Translations under genes and position numbers: made by a program
NCBI RefSeq assembly: GCF_963853765.1
Contig: NC_088854.1
Span: forward strand, 25,482,001-25,546,000
Direction: 5' to 3'
Origin: Magallana gigas
Taxonomy: Eukaryota
Length of the DNA stretch: 64,000 nt
Notes under the pieces: generated by a model
What the model was told of the DNA's origin: nothing
What the model saw: the letters and a program-made list of their open reading frames with translations, nothing else
Database searches by the model: none
Shown: positions 35,953 to 48,202 of the stretch, piece after piece
Numbering within the stretch: the first letter of the stretch is position 1
Layout of the letters: the number at the start of each line of letters is the position of its first letter

Positions 35953-38900
35953 CCAGACTTTTCAGCATGTTGACAAATGTACCAATTCATATTTCAAGAA
36001 AAATAGATATAACTTCACTCATTTCTTGTTTTTGAAATTTATATCCATCAATCATGGTTGTATTTTGTAAATTATAAAACTTCAAAAGAGTAGCTGGCTA
36101 AAATTCATAATCGATCTTTATTTTGTCGGTCCACTGATTTCGCCAAGATTTTTTTTTTCCAATTTCGTCTGTATAGATCTGCAAAGAAGTAATTATGCTT
36201 CCCTATTTTGTATTCAAAAACAACCTTCGAAACTCCATTTTCAAAATCTGCATGTCGTCAATTTATTTGCTGTTAATTCCTCTCCCCAACAACTGTTTAA
36301 TAACTTACTCGCAGTTAGAAGTTTACATTAGTCAATTGGACGGTAGGTGAACTATTTCAATTATTGAATATTCTTTTTTCCCCCTTTATAAATCAGCGAT
36401 GCATATATCAAAACGTTTCGCTCTTTTCTCTCTGTATGACTTATCTTTTTGCTATCCTTTTAGGCTATGTTTGGATTACAGATCATGCGTTCCTTTGCCG
36501 AATACCCGCTTCATATGCAAGAAAAATTAGCAAAAGTGGCATATTTTGAAGTGTAAGTGTTATCCAAAACATTGTGATACATTATAATTAATAGTTATAG
36601 GTAGCTCATCATAGCTTTAACAAAATGATTACAACAATAACAAGAAAATCTGCATTAATTCATAAGGACTTTGTTCGAACAAACATACATATACTTATGA
36701 AGAAAAAAAATAGCATTTTCCTGATATTGATATAAAAATAACCAAATTCTCAAAACTTCCTCCATGCAAATTCTTCACATTAATAAAAAAAAAAAAGGAA
36801 CAACAAAATCTGTCATTTATCTGCATGCTTTGTTTCATTTGCAGTGTGCCACCCAAACGAATCATCATTAGACAAGGCCATTTTGCAGAAAATTTCTATT
36901 TTATTGTCTCTGGCCAAGGTAAGACATCTATCACGACGCAAATTTCAAGCAACTCAGGTGAAAACTGCAACCATTTCGTACTAAAGTAGAATGTAAAATT
37001 GCCTTTTCATCAGTCACTTTGCGAAGTCATGACAAGTAAATTGTTATTGCCATCTAATACTTCTCTCTTGCAATTTACACAGAGATTCTTAATCAAGAGT
37101 AAAGTTAATGGTGCAAATCGATATGCGAATGTTTTAATAAAACACCTCTACAGCAATACGATGATTAAGAAAAACACTGAATATCCAATTTGTTGCGGAT
37201 TTGACTTTTTTGCTGTTAGTATTTCGACGATTAGATTTTTATTTTAGAATCAATTAAATTAATTTTAAATGATTATATGATTGATTACTTTTGTTGATTT
37301 ATCAAACAGAATTTGGTTTAAAAATGTAGACAACAGTTGTATTTTAAAATCATTGAATACTTGTACACTCAAACTTGCTCTTGAAGCTAGTTATAGTACA
37401 CCAATCATTAGAACTGGAATTGCAATCATTCACCGGAATTCATACAATCATATTTTAATGAAAAATAAGTTATTGATTGACAATTGAACAATTGATGGAC
37501 AATTGAATAAATTAATGGTAACAATTTTAGATAAATAGACGCTGAGAAGAACATCACAATTGTTAAATATCATTGCATGTAATAAACTTGTTTGTTGTAG
37601 CCGTTGTTACCCTTCTATTGAGAGACCCAAAGACAGGGGCATCGTTCGTCAAAACCGCCACTATCATGAGGCGAGGAATGAGTTTTGGGGTAACAGCTCT
37701 TGAAATATTAAATACAGGACAATAATATCAAGTAGAAATACGTAAAATATTAGTTTTCGTATATTCATTAAATTATGTTTAATTTGAAAAAAAAAATCTG
37801 GATTTTCACGATTTGAAGGTAACATTTTTTTTAGTATCAAACATCAAACTCAGTCTGTAATTACGAAAAGGAAAACGTTAAATTTGAATTTTTTAGAATT
37901 CTTTGAATTATTCGATTATTTAAACAAGTGGTGGAAATTTGTTTGGTTTAAGTTTATACATCGTGTAAATTTTCTGTCTGTAGGAGCTGGCGCTACTTCA
38001 CCACTCTCGCCGTACCGCCACTGTCACAAGTCAGGGTGAGGTCCAGCTACTGACCGTGGGGAGGGCTGATTTCTTCGACATATTCATGAGTGGGGCCGGA
38101 CCCGACGAGATCCCGGAACACATCAAGTTCATCAGGTAACTTTTATTGCAATTCTCTCCATTTGTGGAGTAAGGGCTAAAACAATTAATTTTTAAATATC
38201 TATCTATTATTTATTATTGTTTTAGGTTCGTTGTACTAGAAACGGCCACACGTTTGATTAAGATTTTTTATTCCCCTTTTGCAAATGAAGTACATGCTAT
38301 TTCGATGGTATGCACGACCAAGCGCAAGTTATTTTGTCGAACAAAATATCAGACCTTTTTTTAGTTTATTAATTTATGACATACTTTTAAATGAACTGTG
38401 ATATTTAATACCATGTTTATCTTCTCAAATATGTTAACTCCATGCGTGTTTATTTTACGTAACTTTTTAATGCGTTGACATAATCTTGGATATTCTTAAA
38501 GATAATGGTAATGAAATGAAATCCTAATATTTACAAAACTTTTAAAACGCCCGAGTTTGATTTCAAAGTAGATATGTTTCGAACTATTCCTATTTATTTA
38601 AGATTTCTTTAGCCAGCAAGAGACATGCACAAGTAATAAACGTTATGAAACATGATCGATAGTTAACATGATTTCATTCTATAAGTGTTTAAGCTAATTT
38701 ACGTGTTTGATTTTACGAGGTTAGAACAACAGTCAGAAGTGTTTTAAAAGTACTTAAATCCATTCTTGACACGAAATGTTAACCATTTTATCTTAACCAA
38801 TTGCGCAATATCGGTAGTTAGTTGTTGCATTTGCTTTTATTGAGACGTTATTAGAGTTCATGTGCGTGTTTTGCTCATGAGGCCTCCATATTTACAATTT

Positions 38901-41900
38901 ATTTACAACTTTATTTACAACTTATGATGTTACTGTTGTTGCTGGTTTGCTTCTGCTTCAACTGATATTGTTTCAAGTACCATTGGTGCAGAGTTGTTTA
39001 TAGTCTAACTATTGTCGCTACTATTAATTGTTTTAGAATTGTTTTTGCAAAACTGTTGCAGGGGTTTTTGTGTCAATCCTTGTTGCTACTAATAAAAGAA
39101 TTGGCGTTCATTTTAGCGGTATGTCATTCAATGCTTTAGCATTTGATGGGTTCGAAAAACGTTGAGCACTAATTATTTATTTTTATATTTTTCAGCACTT
39201 GCGATTTTATGAAAGATTGGCCTCTAGAGCAATTATTAGAACATCCAGAGCACTGCCTTCTGCATTTCTTTAAGTAAGTTTATCATTGAAAACTTATTTA
39301 CCCTCATATAAAATGGCTCTGGTATATACATTTGTCCATAAATCTACTCTTTGTCTGCATTTCAGCATTATTATTTAGTAACTATTTTTGCTTAGGTCCC
39401 TGTTATAATTAATAATATGAAGGTTATGGAGGTAGCGATCATTGCAGATCATTGAACAAAAAATTACATAACCCGTTCACGCGGGTTATGTATTTTTTTG
39501 CAATGATCTGCAATGTTGCCACCTTCATGTCTCGTATGAATCACCAAGAAAAGCATCTTATTGTTTAAATTACTACTAATCTGTGTATCCTTTTTTCAAA
39601 GCATTCTTTTTGCGGTCAAGGTCAAAATTGTCTTATCTTTTATTTCAACCTCCCTTAAAGAGGCTGGGTGGTTAACAAATTAACCATCAGATCTACCTAA
39701 AATTTAAGACAAACTTTGTTTAGCTATAAACTGTTATTTAGTTTTAAAAAATTCCATATATTTTACCATTTAAATCTGGGCATTTTCCTTTATTTTTATA
39801 TAGAAGCCTCCTTTTAAAAGAAACCAATACAGTCTAAAATTGGAGACGACTATCGAAATCTCTTAATTTAAAAAAACATATAGTCAATCGTGTTGTGAGG
39901 TTGTCAGGCGGGGTAGATTTGTATGTTGATCATCATATAGATGTCAATGTCTGTAGTTATAAATTACCTAATCAGTAGTCGCTCGTGAATTTGAAACGTA
40001 TTATGTTGTTACTAGGACTGTCACCAACATACGAAGGTTTGTATATTCTAACAATATTCTAACATTTTTTGCAGAAGAAATGTGGTAATAGTTAGGGATA
40101 GCACTAGTTCGGAATGGCTGTATGTTGTCAAATCGGTAAGCTTGAAGAAAAATTTAAATTTGAGTTCTTTAATTAATATACACAAACATAAAAAGAGTTA
40201 TAAAAAAATTACATAAAAATATACTGTGGTATGAAGTCTTCATTTTTATGGTTAGGGATATTGCCAAGTACTGAAACAGCTTAAAGGCGTGACACCCAAA
40301 ATAGGCTGGAAGGCAAAGCCGAATCAGAGTAATGTGGACCTACCGACGCTGGACACCCCTCTACCAGGTACATACAAGGGTTTACTGCTATATCATAGTC
40401 TATAACTATTCCTTTTGTCTTACTTTGGAATAAATTTGATTTGTCTTACTTTGGGGGAAAAAGGTGTTTTCTCTCTTTGATATGTGAAATATTTACAGGT
40501 CCTAAAGTCGATACATGGAGAAGGAAAAGGCGAAAAGTCAAGTCTGCTGGTGAAAAACGGGTTAGTTATGTAGTTAGTTGTTCTAGTATGTAAAAAACTA
40601 TATATGGTACATATGTAGATTATACATTTCATTTGCTATGAAAAAATAATGGTTCAACATTTATATTGTGAATATGGGTTATAAGTAGAAAACAGTAATA
40701 CATAAATTTTCATTTAAGCAAGCATTATAATGTACAAAATAGAATTACGTATGTATTAAGTTTATGAATATATATAGATTTTAAATAAGATTACTTTTCG
40801 TATATTTCATGGTAAACCATTGCTTTTAAGACTTTACTGTTATAGAAATTTTAAATCTAGTACTAATTCGTCTTAAATTGTGAATGCTCATAAATTTCAA
40901 ATCATGCACCAAATTTCATTGCCGATTTATTGCATCGATTTCATATAAATTAGACTTTTAAATTCAGACAACTATGATAAAGAATTATAGACAAAAATTC
41001 ACATTTAACTCATAATATTAAAAAAACTGTAATGTGCATTGCAGGACAATGAAGAGAACGAGGAACCGGTGACGGTACCACAAGCTATTCCCGGACCTTC
41101 TACTAAAAAGTTTTCCAAAGCAGAATACTCACGAAATCCTGTCACTCAAAAGGCTCATCTGGTAAAAGACTTCGATATAGACTTAAATTCACTTGATTTA
41201 GATATACAACTTATTCATATATGTGTTCGTTATATCCGATTTTGTTTTTATCTGTTATCATTATGTTATTCTCCAGTCTCCTTTAAAAATGTCAAAAAAT
41301 GAGACAAAAAAGAAATATGAGGTCCCAGAAAGATGCAGACCTCCCAAACCAAAGGAGGCCCCTAAAGACCCCACCCCCAGTAAACCTCCCCCAGTCTTTG
41401 TCCAAGTCGGCGGTCTTAACCCAAAGGAAGTGTTTGTAAGTATTGGTGGATGATATACGGAAATAATGAAAACCCCTTTTTTTTAAATGATGGAATCAGA
41501 TAAAAAAAAATGTTATCCCTATTTTATGTCAACAGGGACTAGAGACAATACAGTTTGAAGACTCCGTGGAGAACCCAAAGACTGTGGTCACTCTGGTATG
41601 AAATGGCGTTATTTATCTACATAATAATGCTGTAATACTTCACTTCGTTTAATATCTTAACATTGCTTCTACCGACATTAGAGTAAAAGTGATGAAAAAT
41701 AAACAAAGTTTATTAATAATGAATTGGGAAATACCATTGGTTTTTGATTTCCATATTTTCACTGTTTAAATTATCAACAATTCAAACCAGCATTTCTTTA
41801 TTTTTCCTTAATGTCAGATAGTGAAAATTTGACACCGTTGCAACATTAATGTGGAGGAAAATTTTCTAATATGAAACTTGTACATACCTGCTATTTATTC

Positions 41901-42119
41901 GTTGCTTTCCTCTTTATGGATAAGGTTTCTAGAGGAGCTGAATGCATAATGCTGAACAAGGAGTTCTTTGCCAAACACGCCAATGAAAAGGTTAAGAAAT
42001 TAATACGTCATCAGGTGCGGCCGTACCCAGATGAAGATACTTTCCAAAACAACTTACAAATTAAAGAGGACTGGGAGTTATATAAACGGAACCTCATTGT
42101 TGACTTAACTAGTCACTAA
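33684..42119 (+). CDS. Cyclic nucleotide-binding domain protein, CNBD2-like (708 aa)
   Basis: 16 exons: 33684-34298, 34562-34635, 34805-34919, 35758-35832, 36464-36552, 36845-36918, 37601-37689, 37984-38135, 39196-39273, 40075-40135, 40256-40367, 40499-40560, 41045-41161, 41277-41435, 41536-41595, 41925-42119 (2127 nt, in frame). CNB motifs IIRQGH..FYFIVSGQ and FGELALLHHSRRTATV; second CNB domain degenerate; C-terminal GAECIMLNK..YP..W..YK. Confidence 0.85.
34735..34783. repeat. (CT)n microsatellite just upstream of a CNBD2-like 3' splice site
   Basis: The run ends about 20 nt before the acceptor AG at 34803-34804. Confidence 0.97.
35901..35949. repeat. (GA)n microsatellite
   Basis: Uninterrupted run. 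Confidence 0.98.
39426..39528. repeat. Imperfect palindrome/hairpin in a CNBD2-like intron, probably a transposon remnant
   Basis: CATTGCAGATCATTG..AAAAATTACATAACCCG pairs with CGGGTTATGTATTTTTTTGCAATGATCTGCAATG (core 39440-39515). Confidence 0.7.
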
Positions 42120-43372
42120 ATGTTATTTTACTAGGATATTTCTATCATAATAATGGTATTTATCAAAGCATTATGGTTGTTTTTGCAATAATGTTCTGAA
42201 TCGTTTTGAACATTTGGATGAGTACGTCGTTATAAACGTATTCATTGTTATCTGTGATACCGAAGTGACGGTCATTTCATTGTTCTGATTTGTTGAAACT
42301 GTTTACAATAATTTCTTTGCAAGATTTATTTACCGTAAGCTTACTACCTTATATGATATATTCAACTACATGTATTAAAGGTTATCAAAACTGCTGTAGC
42401 TTCTTTGTGATTTCATTATTGCAATATGCTTTAGATACACGCTCGTAAAAACTGGGGGTTTTTTCTTAAAGGAGTTCAGTTTCAATAACACATGTAAAAT
42501 ATGAAGATACTAAAGAGTTATACAATAAACACTGTATGTACAATAATTGCACATAACAAAATTCACAAACCGGAGATTCGGATATCCTGGAAATATTTAA
42601 AAGAATATCAACTATAAGGCCCTATTGAATGAAGAAAATCACCGTATAATTTATATAAAAGCATAGTAACTGTCGTAAATAAGCAACATTTTTACAAAAG
42701 GAGAGTTGTAACAAATGCTCTGTCAATAAAAACTTTAATTTGTGATGTGATGGTAATTTTATGCTAAGATTTTTTAAAGCCGTCAACAAATTTTTTACCG
42801 CACTTTTTCTTAAACTTTTCTTAACCCTTTAAATTACAATTATTAATCAATGATCAAATTGAATGTTTAAGTTGAATTTTTTGCCCTTAGATCACAGGTG
42901 CATTCTGCATTCTTACAATAACGTGAATGTCAAAAATAAAACAATAATCCCATTGCATTCCATATTTTTGATTAGTTTATATATTTTCAATTTGGTGAAA
43001 AAAGTCATATTACCACATAGAACAAAGTTACAACTAGTACAAAAAGGCACAAAGGCAAGCCAATAAAAATTTGATGATCGACACATCATTATATTTTAAT
43101 ATCTCTTTTTTCCACAAAAATGATTAAAAAAGGACAACACTAATAATTTTCATAACATTCACAATGATATAGGACAATAAAAAACAAGCAAGCCAACTAT
43201 AAATTTATAATAAGTGTATTAGTTGTTGCCTTAACTTTTAAAGAGGCTCAAAACTCAGATTAATCAGATTAAGAAAATTTACTTTAAAAAGTGATGACGA
43301 CGTTGCAACGAAGCCATCGAAAAACAAACAAAGGTAACATTCATAACATAGATGAGTCCATTAGCCCCAGAA

Positions 43373-44884
43373 TCAGACAATTTTATCCTTGGCTGTAACA
43401 GTCGACCCCTTGGTTGATGAGCTGCTAGTACTGCTCTCGCCCAGTTTCTTTACGCTGTTCTTGAAGGAATGCCTCTTTAATTTGGAACAGCCAGTGAACA
43501 TGCTAAAGATTTCCTTGCGGAACTGCTCGCAGGCTCCGACGATGATCCAGAAATTGATGAGAGAAGCTGCAGCCGACACAATTTCGCGAAATTTGTAGAG
43601 CACCCTCATAGCATCCAGATCCATTTTACCCCAAACGTCGTAAATCTCCATTTTTGTTATGAAAGTTATGATAAGATTAAACAAACCGATTGTTTTCTTG
43701 ATGCATTGAACTAGTAGGATGATCAGAATAGAGCGTGTCATCATTTCAATCTTCTGCATCCGTCCTTTACTTTCGTGGATATCGGTTGAGTCGTTGCGGG
43801 CGACTACAGAGTATATGATGTAGATGCTGGATATTAGATACACGAAAAAAGGGACCAAAGAGCAAATTGGATGATACACCTCGTAGGCTTTGGTGAAAGC
43901 TGGATCCTGGTAAGTCATGCAAAGATCTTCATCTCCGGCAATGGTTGAGTAGACATACGTCTCATAGCCGACTGTTTCGTTGGAGCCTTCTTCATAGTAG
44001 TAATAGTAGTAATAATAGTAAAAGTCAGATGGCTTGTAGCCTGATAAGATTAGGAAGTCTCGGTAAGAAGTGAGTTTACCCGAAAAATAGAGTTCAGGAA
44101 GTCGGTAGAGAAAAGCGAGAAGAATGCAGATGGATACTGTCAAAAGAGATGCTTTAGTGGTCAGAATCTCCCTGCTCTTGAATGGAAACTTGATGACCAG
44201 AACCCTTTGAATAGCAAGACAAGCCCAGAGCGCCTGTGCTACAGAGTAGCAGACGTTTTCTCCAATTTGGCTGTAGAACAAGAAAATGCAATATGGAAGG
44301 ACAATATCAATCGTTCCTGTCCCGTAGGTGAAGTACATGTACAGATAATTACCGTAGCGTAGAAGCGACTTCAGAGTGTCCGAGACCACGATTCCAGTTA
44401 GGATGATAGTGGTGGGGGACCTCATAGACTTCCTCATGAAGGCCAACACGATTATAATGGTAGACAAAAAGGACAAACCAATGACTATAGGCCCATAGAT
44501 GTAGTCCAGCTCACTGATTTCTGAAACCAGAGGGAACGAGTACCCGGGCAGTGGGGAGGGATTCCTTTCTTCTTCAGCTTCAGCTTCGTCGTCAGAATTC
44601 GATGTTTGAGTCGTTGCCTCCGAAGCATCACCGACGTGGTTTTCTGACGAAGAAACCACTCCAGTCTGAGAAGTGGTTACCGAGTTTGACGCCACTGTTG
44701 CCGAATCTGTACCTGGTACCTCATCAGTAAATGCTCCGTCTTTTGTCGTCTGCTGACTTGATATTGATGTGACGTCATTTGTGAGTGCAGCAGTAGAAAT
44801 TTCAAGCGAGGACAGTGTTGTTGAATGTGCCACAGTAAACGCCCAAATTGTGATACAGGAAACTGTTAAACTTTGACGAAGCAT
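43373..44884 (-). CDS. Rhodopsin-like (class A) GPCR of the FMRFamide/sex-peptide-receptor-like group, 503 aa, single coding exon
   Basis: Intact ORF with a signal peptide, an S/T-rich ectodomain and seven hydrophobic segments. Motifs MRSPTTIILTGIVVSD, LAIQRVLVIKFPF, YRLP, INFWI..EQFR. A 5'UTR intron is likely (acceptor at 44896-44897, donor at 45079-45080). Confidence 0.9.
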   Translation of the reverse strand: MLRQSLTVSCITIWAFTVAHSTTLSSLEISTAALTNDVTSISSQQTTKDGAFTDEVPGTDSATVASNSVTTSQTGVVSSSENHVGDASEATTQTSNSDDEAEAEEERNPSPLPGYSFPLVSEISELDYIYGPIVIGLSFLSTIIIVLAFMRKSMRSPTTIILTGIVVSDTLKSLLRYGNYLYMYFTYGTGTIDIVLPYCIFLFYSQIGENVCYSVAQALWACLAIQRVLVIKFPFKSREILTTKASLLTVSICILLAFLYRLPELYFSGKLTSYRDFLILSGYKPSDFYYYYYYYYYEEGSNETVGYETYVYSTIAGDEDLCMTYQDPAFTKAYEVYHPICSLVPFFVYLISSIYIIYSVVARNDSTDIHESKGRMQKIEMMTRSILIILLVQCIKKTIGLFNLIITFITKMEIYDVWGKMDLDAMRVLYKFREIVSAAASLINFWIIVGACEQFRKEIFSMFTGCSKLKRHSFKNSVKKLGESSTSSSSTKGSTVTAKDKIV

Positions 44885-46278
44885 AGTAGGAATACCTAAA
44901 GGAAAATAATCATATATTCACGTTAAAACGTAGACAGTAGTAACTGAAACAACCCATTCAATAATGTCCAAGAAAAAGAAGCCGAAAGATTATCGGTCAC
45001 TTTATTTAAAAAAAAAAACAGATAGTGTATTTTCCTATAGAAGGATCAACAGCTTGGAACTACATGGTATAAGCACCTACCTTGTCCGATTCCACTATCG
45101 CTAAAGACCGTTTGATTTTCCCACTTTGCTATATATTCACTTGTTTCAATCAAACGGTTTGATAGGAATGGCACCACTCATTTTTCAGTAAATGAAAAAA
45201 GTTTTCAATATCCTAAGAGAAATTAATAGATATGTATTGTAAGGATTCTTAAAAATTTTGGTCCTATGGACTCGACAATAATCATTAGTTTTTTTTTCAA
45301 GTGTAGTTATTGGAAAAAAGTACAAAATTTCCAATATACATTTCCAATATTGCAAAATGCAAATTAAAAATAACAGAGGTTTCGCGTAATTAAACCTAAC
45401 ATGACCATCTTTTAACAGTAGGACTCAATAATGATTATACGATGCAAAGGTGTACTGTGTAGGAATACGGTAAGTAATTGTTGATGAATATCGGTTGATG
45501 TACAACTGTACAAGGATCTCGAGAATGGTCAAATATTGATTGAATTTAGTTACTAGTATAAACATATATTATAATATCTTCCCAAGAACTTTCAAATGAA
45601 ATAAAGCAACTTTTAACTGCTATCTATATATGTTACGTTAAAAGTTTAAAATAAAAGATTTCTAAAGTCTACTTGTTATAGTTAAGTTGAGAAATCTTTG
45701 ATAGATAATAGTGTGATATATATGTAGTTGTAACAGTTATTTTGTTGTCCACATTTAATTCAATGTACACTGACATTTTCTTTAAATCAATTTTTTATAC
45801 AAATATCATGAGAGAACATCATTTTCTTTGTTAGAATTTTGAGACCCAATGAATGTTGCCTGAAAGCCAGCGAGATCTGTATCTTTGATTGTAGAATTAA
45901 ATTATCACGTGTAAAACATTTCCACAAATGCTGACTTTTTCCTGACAATTCGACGATTTTTACGGAAGGGGTTTGTCATTGTTAGATCTTGGATCGAAAT
46001 TAAAATTAAATTCACTTAAATGAATGTTTAAATTACAGTTCTTTGGACACGATTTTAAACATGTGCATATACATGTGTATTACTTTGAAGTTTTGAATGG
46101 GACATTTATAATGCATTTCAATGTTGCTCTCAAATGATTATAGATCAGTAGACCAGAAAGATTTAAAAATTACAGGATATATATAGAACTGGGACAGCTG
46201 CCAAGCAGTACTTTCGGTTTACATACAGTGAGTTCTTTCCGTGTTGATCATTGCACAAGTTGGAAATCATAATTAATT

Positions 46279-47565
46279 ATGGCAGGTAATATTTCATTTA
46301 CAACACTTATTATGTTGCTTACGATTTAGGGTCTTAACAGTGCTATTTTGACAGAGAATATCCGGTATAAGTAAAAGTGTAAAACTATGAAAATATACGT
46401 AATACTGTATGAATATGTACATAACATCTGGTTTCCGCATTGTCCGCCTTGTCGCTATAATTAATGCGCAAACTCAAAATCCATTGCCTTAATTTTCGAC
46501 ATAAATTTTATCAATATTCCATCCACCCTCTCCGGTACAAAACCGTTTCAGGAATCAGTGGCTTATTTGCCATTTGGTTCATGGTACGCTAAGAAGTCAT
46601 CTGATGCTTAAAAGGCTAAATCTAAGTATACAAGTAAAGGAAAGAGGTCTAGCCCCCCCCCCCACCCCCCCCCCCCCCCGAAAATTCATTTTGTGACTTT
46701 GTGACGAAAACGTGGTTTGACACAGCGTACTAATATGTATGCTTTAAACAAAGATTTCGGCCTTTCCTTTTAACAATCATAAAGTCAAACTTTTCACTTT
46801 TCTGACTTTCAGAAGGTGGGATTCCATTAGAAGAGGAACGTTTGCCAACTTTACAAGATTTTCTGAACAACGAACGCCTCAGGACCCTCTACCAAGTATA
46901 TTTCCTCAAATCATTAATACTTAAAAATCAAAATGTAAAATCTAACATTAAACACATTATTCCAAGAGTTGCAATCTCAGACAGAAAATCGTCACTGTTA
47001 ATATTTACTTATATTTATAAACTGTACATGTTTATTCAATACTGGGCAGTATTTCAATGCAAGACAACTTTTATAGGACCCAGAAGTTCAGATGATTTTC
47101 ACAGAAATCGAGAACAACCCGTCCACCATTCACCAGCATCACAATAAAAGCAAAGTCCAAGAAGTTCTCAAGCTGATTCAGGCCGAGTTTGATCGCTATC
47201 AGCCAAACATGGTACAAGCAAACAATATACAATACTATAAGATTTTGCCCGAGTTTTTTCTTTACATACTAGTCCAAAATAATATTGTTATTTATGCAAT
47301 ACTTTGTTATTTTCGACTTTCATGATATAAAATGAAATGCATACAATGTTGTGTTGTAAGTTTTGAATTTACCGGGTGGCAGTAAATTTAAATTTGAATT
47401 TACAACATGACATAATTACATGTGAATTTTCAGACTCCAACATGTGAATTTTCAGGCTCCAGATAACCAACACACAAGAAGTGATTCAAACAATGGTTAT
47501 ATCAATGATGATGACGATTTACAGGATATTATTCAACAAATACAACAACAAGAAAACCAGGCTGC
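46279..47565 (+). CDS. Small protein with a Hip/ST13-type STI1 (DP) domain followed by an N/D/Q-rich tail; 3' end lost in an assembly gap
   Basis: Exons 46279-46285, 46813-46895, 47077-47211 and 47456-gap splice in frame to MAEGGIPLEEERLPTLQDFLNNERLRTLYQDPEVQMIFTEIENNPSTIHQHHNKSKVQEVLKLIQAEFDRYQPNMAPDNQHTRSDSNNGYINDDDDLQDIIQQIQQQENQA. The QDPEV..F..NP..KV..A.F spacing is colinear with the ST13 C-terminal STI1 domain as recalled from memory. Confidence 0.72.
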
Positions 47566-47777
47566 NNNNNNNNNNNNNNNNNNNNNNNNNNNNNNNNNNN
47601 NNNNNNNNNNNNNNNNNNNNNNNNNNNNNNNNNNNNNNNNNNNNNNNNNNNNNNNNNNNNNNNNNNNNNNNNNNNNNNNNNNNNNNNNNNNNNNNNNNNN
47701 NNNNNNNNNNNNNNNNNNNNNNNNNNNNNNNNNNNNNNNNNNNNNNNNNNNNNNNNNNNNNNNNNNNNNNNNNNNNN
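47566..47777. other. Assembly gap (212 N)
   Basis: Run of N characters. Confidence 1.
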
Positions 47778-48202
47778 CAATCAATAAAAGAGACAAAGAC
47801 TTAGTTTGGATAAAAAAATGAATTTATTCACGTTGACAATGGTTTTTTTTTACCAATGAAGAAATGGATTCATGTACATCAAGTTTCCATCTCCTGCTGT
47901 TTCACCAGCCAGAGATTTTATCAATGTTTCTGTTGTTGAAGTTTTTATTAAAAAGCAATAAAAGTGTCCTGTGTCATTATTTCTCATTAAATGCAAAAGA
48001 CCTTTCTAAATGTCTGATATTGCACACTGAAATTCCCCAATTTCACTGTTAATCAACCTGTTACATGATCTGAACAAAAAACTTATTTTTTTTCTTCTGG
48101 CATCTGCCTTGTTCATCCACCCACTTCCCTTTTCAATTTTTACGTCTTTAGAAATTTTAAAAATATATTCTGCAATAGTTCCTTTCCTCAAAGTTTCTCT
48201 TC

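Noticed and set aside
43994-44020. Poly-Tyr tract as a neutral (TAC)n microsatellite
   Set aside because: The codons alternate irregularly between TAT and TAC, so it was kept as a protein-level finding, although slippage origin remains possible.
47505-47560. DDDDLQDIIQQIQQQE as a ubiquitin-interacting motif
   Set aside because: It lacks the invariant Ala and Ser of the UIM consensus (L-x-x-A-x-x-x-S).
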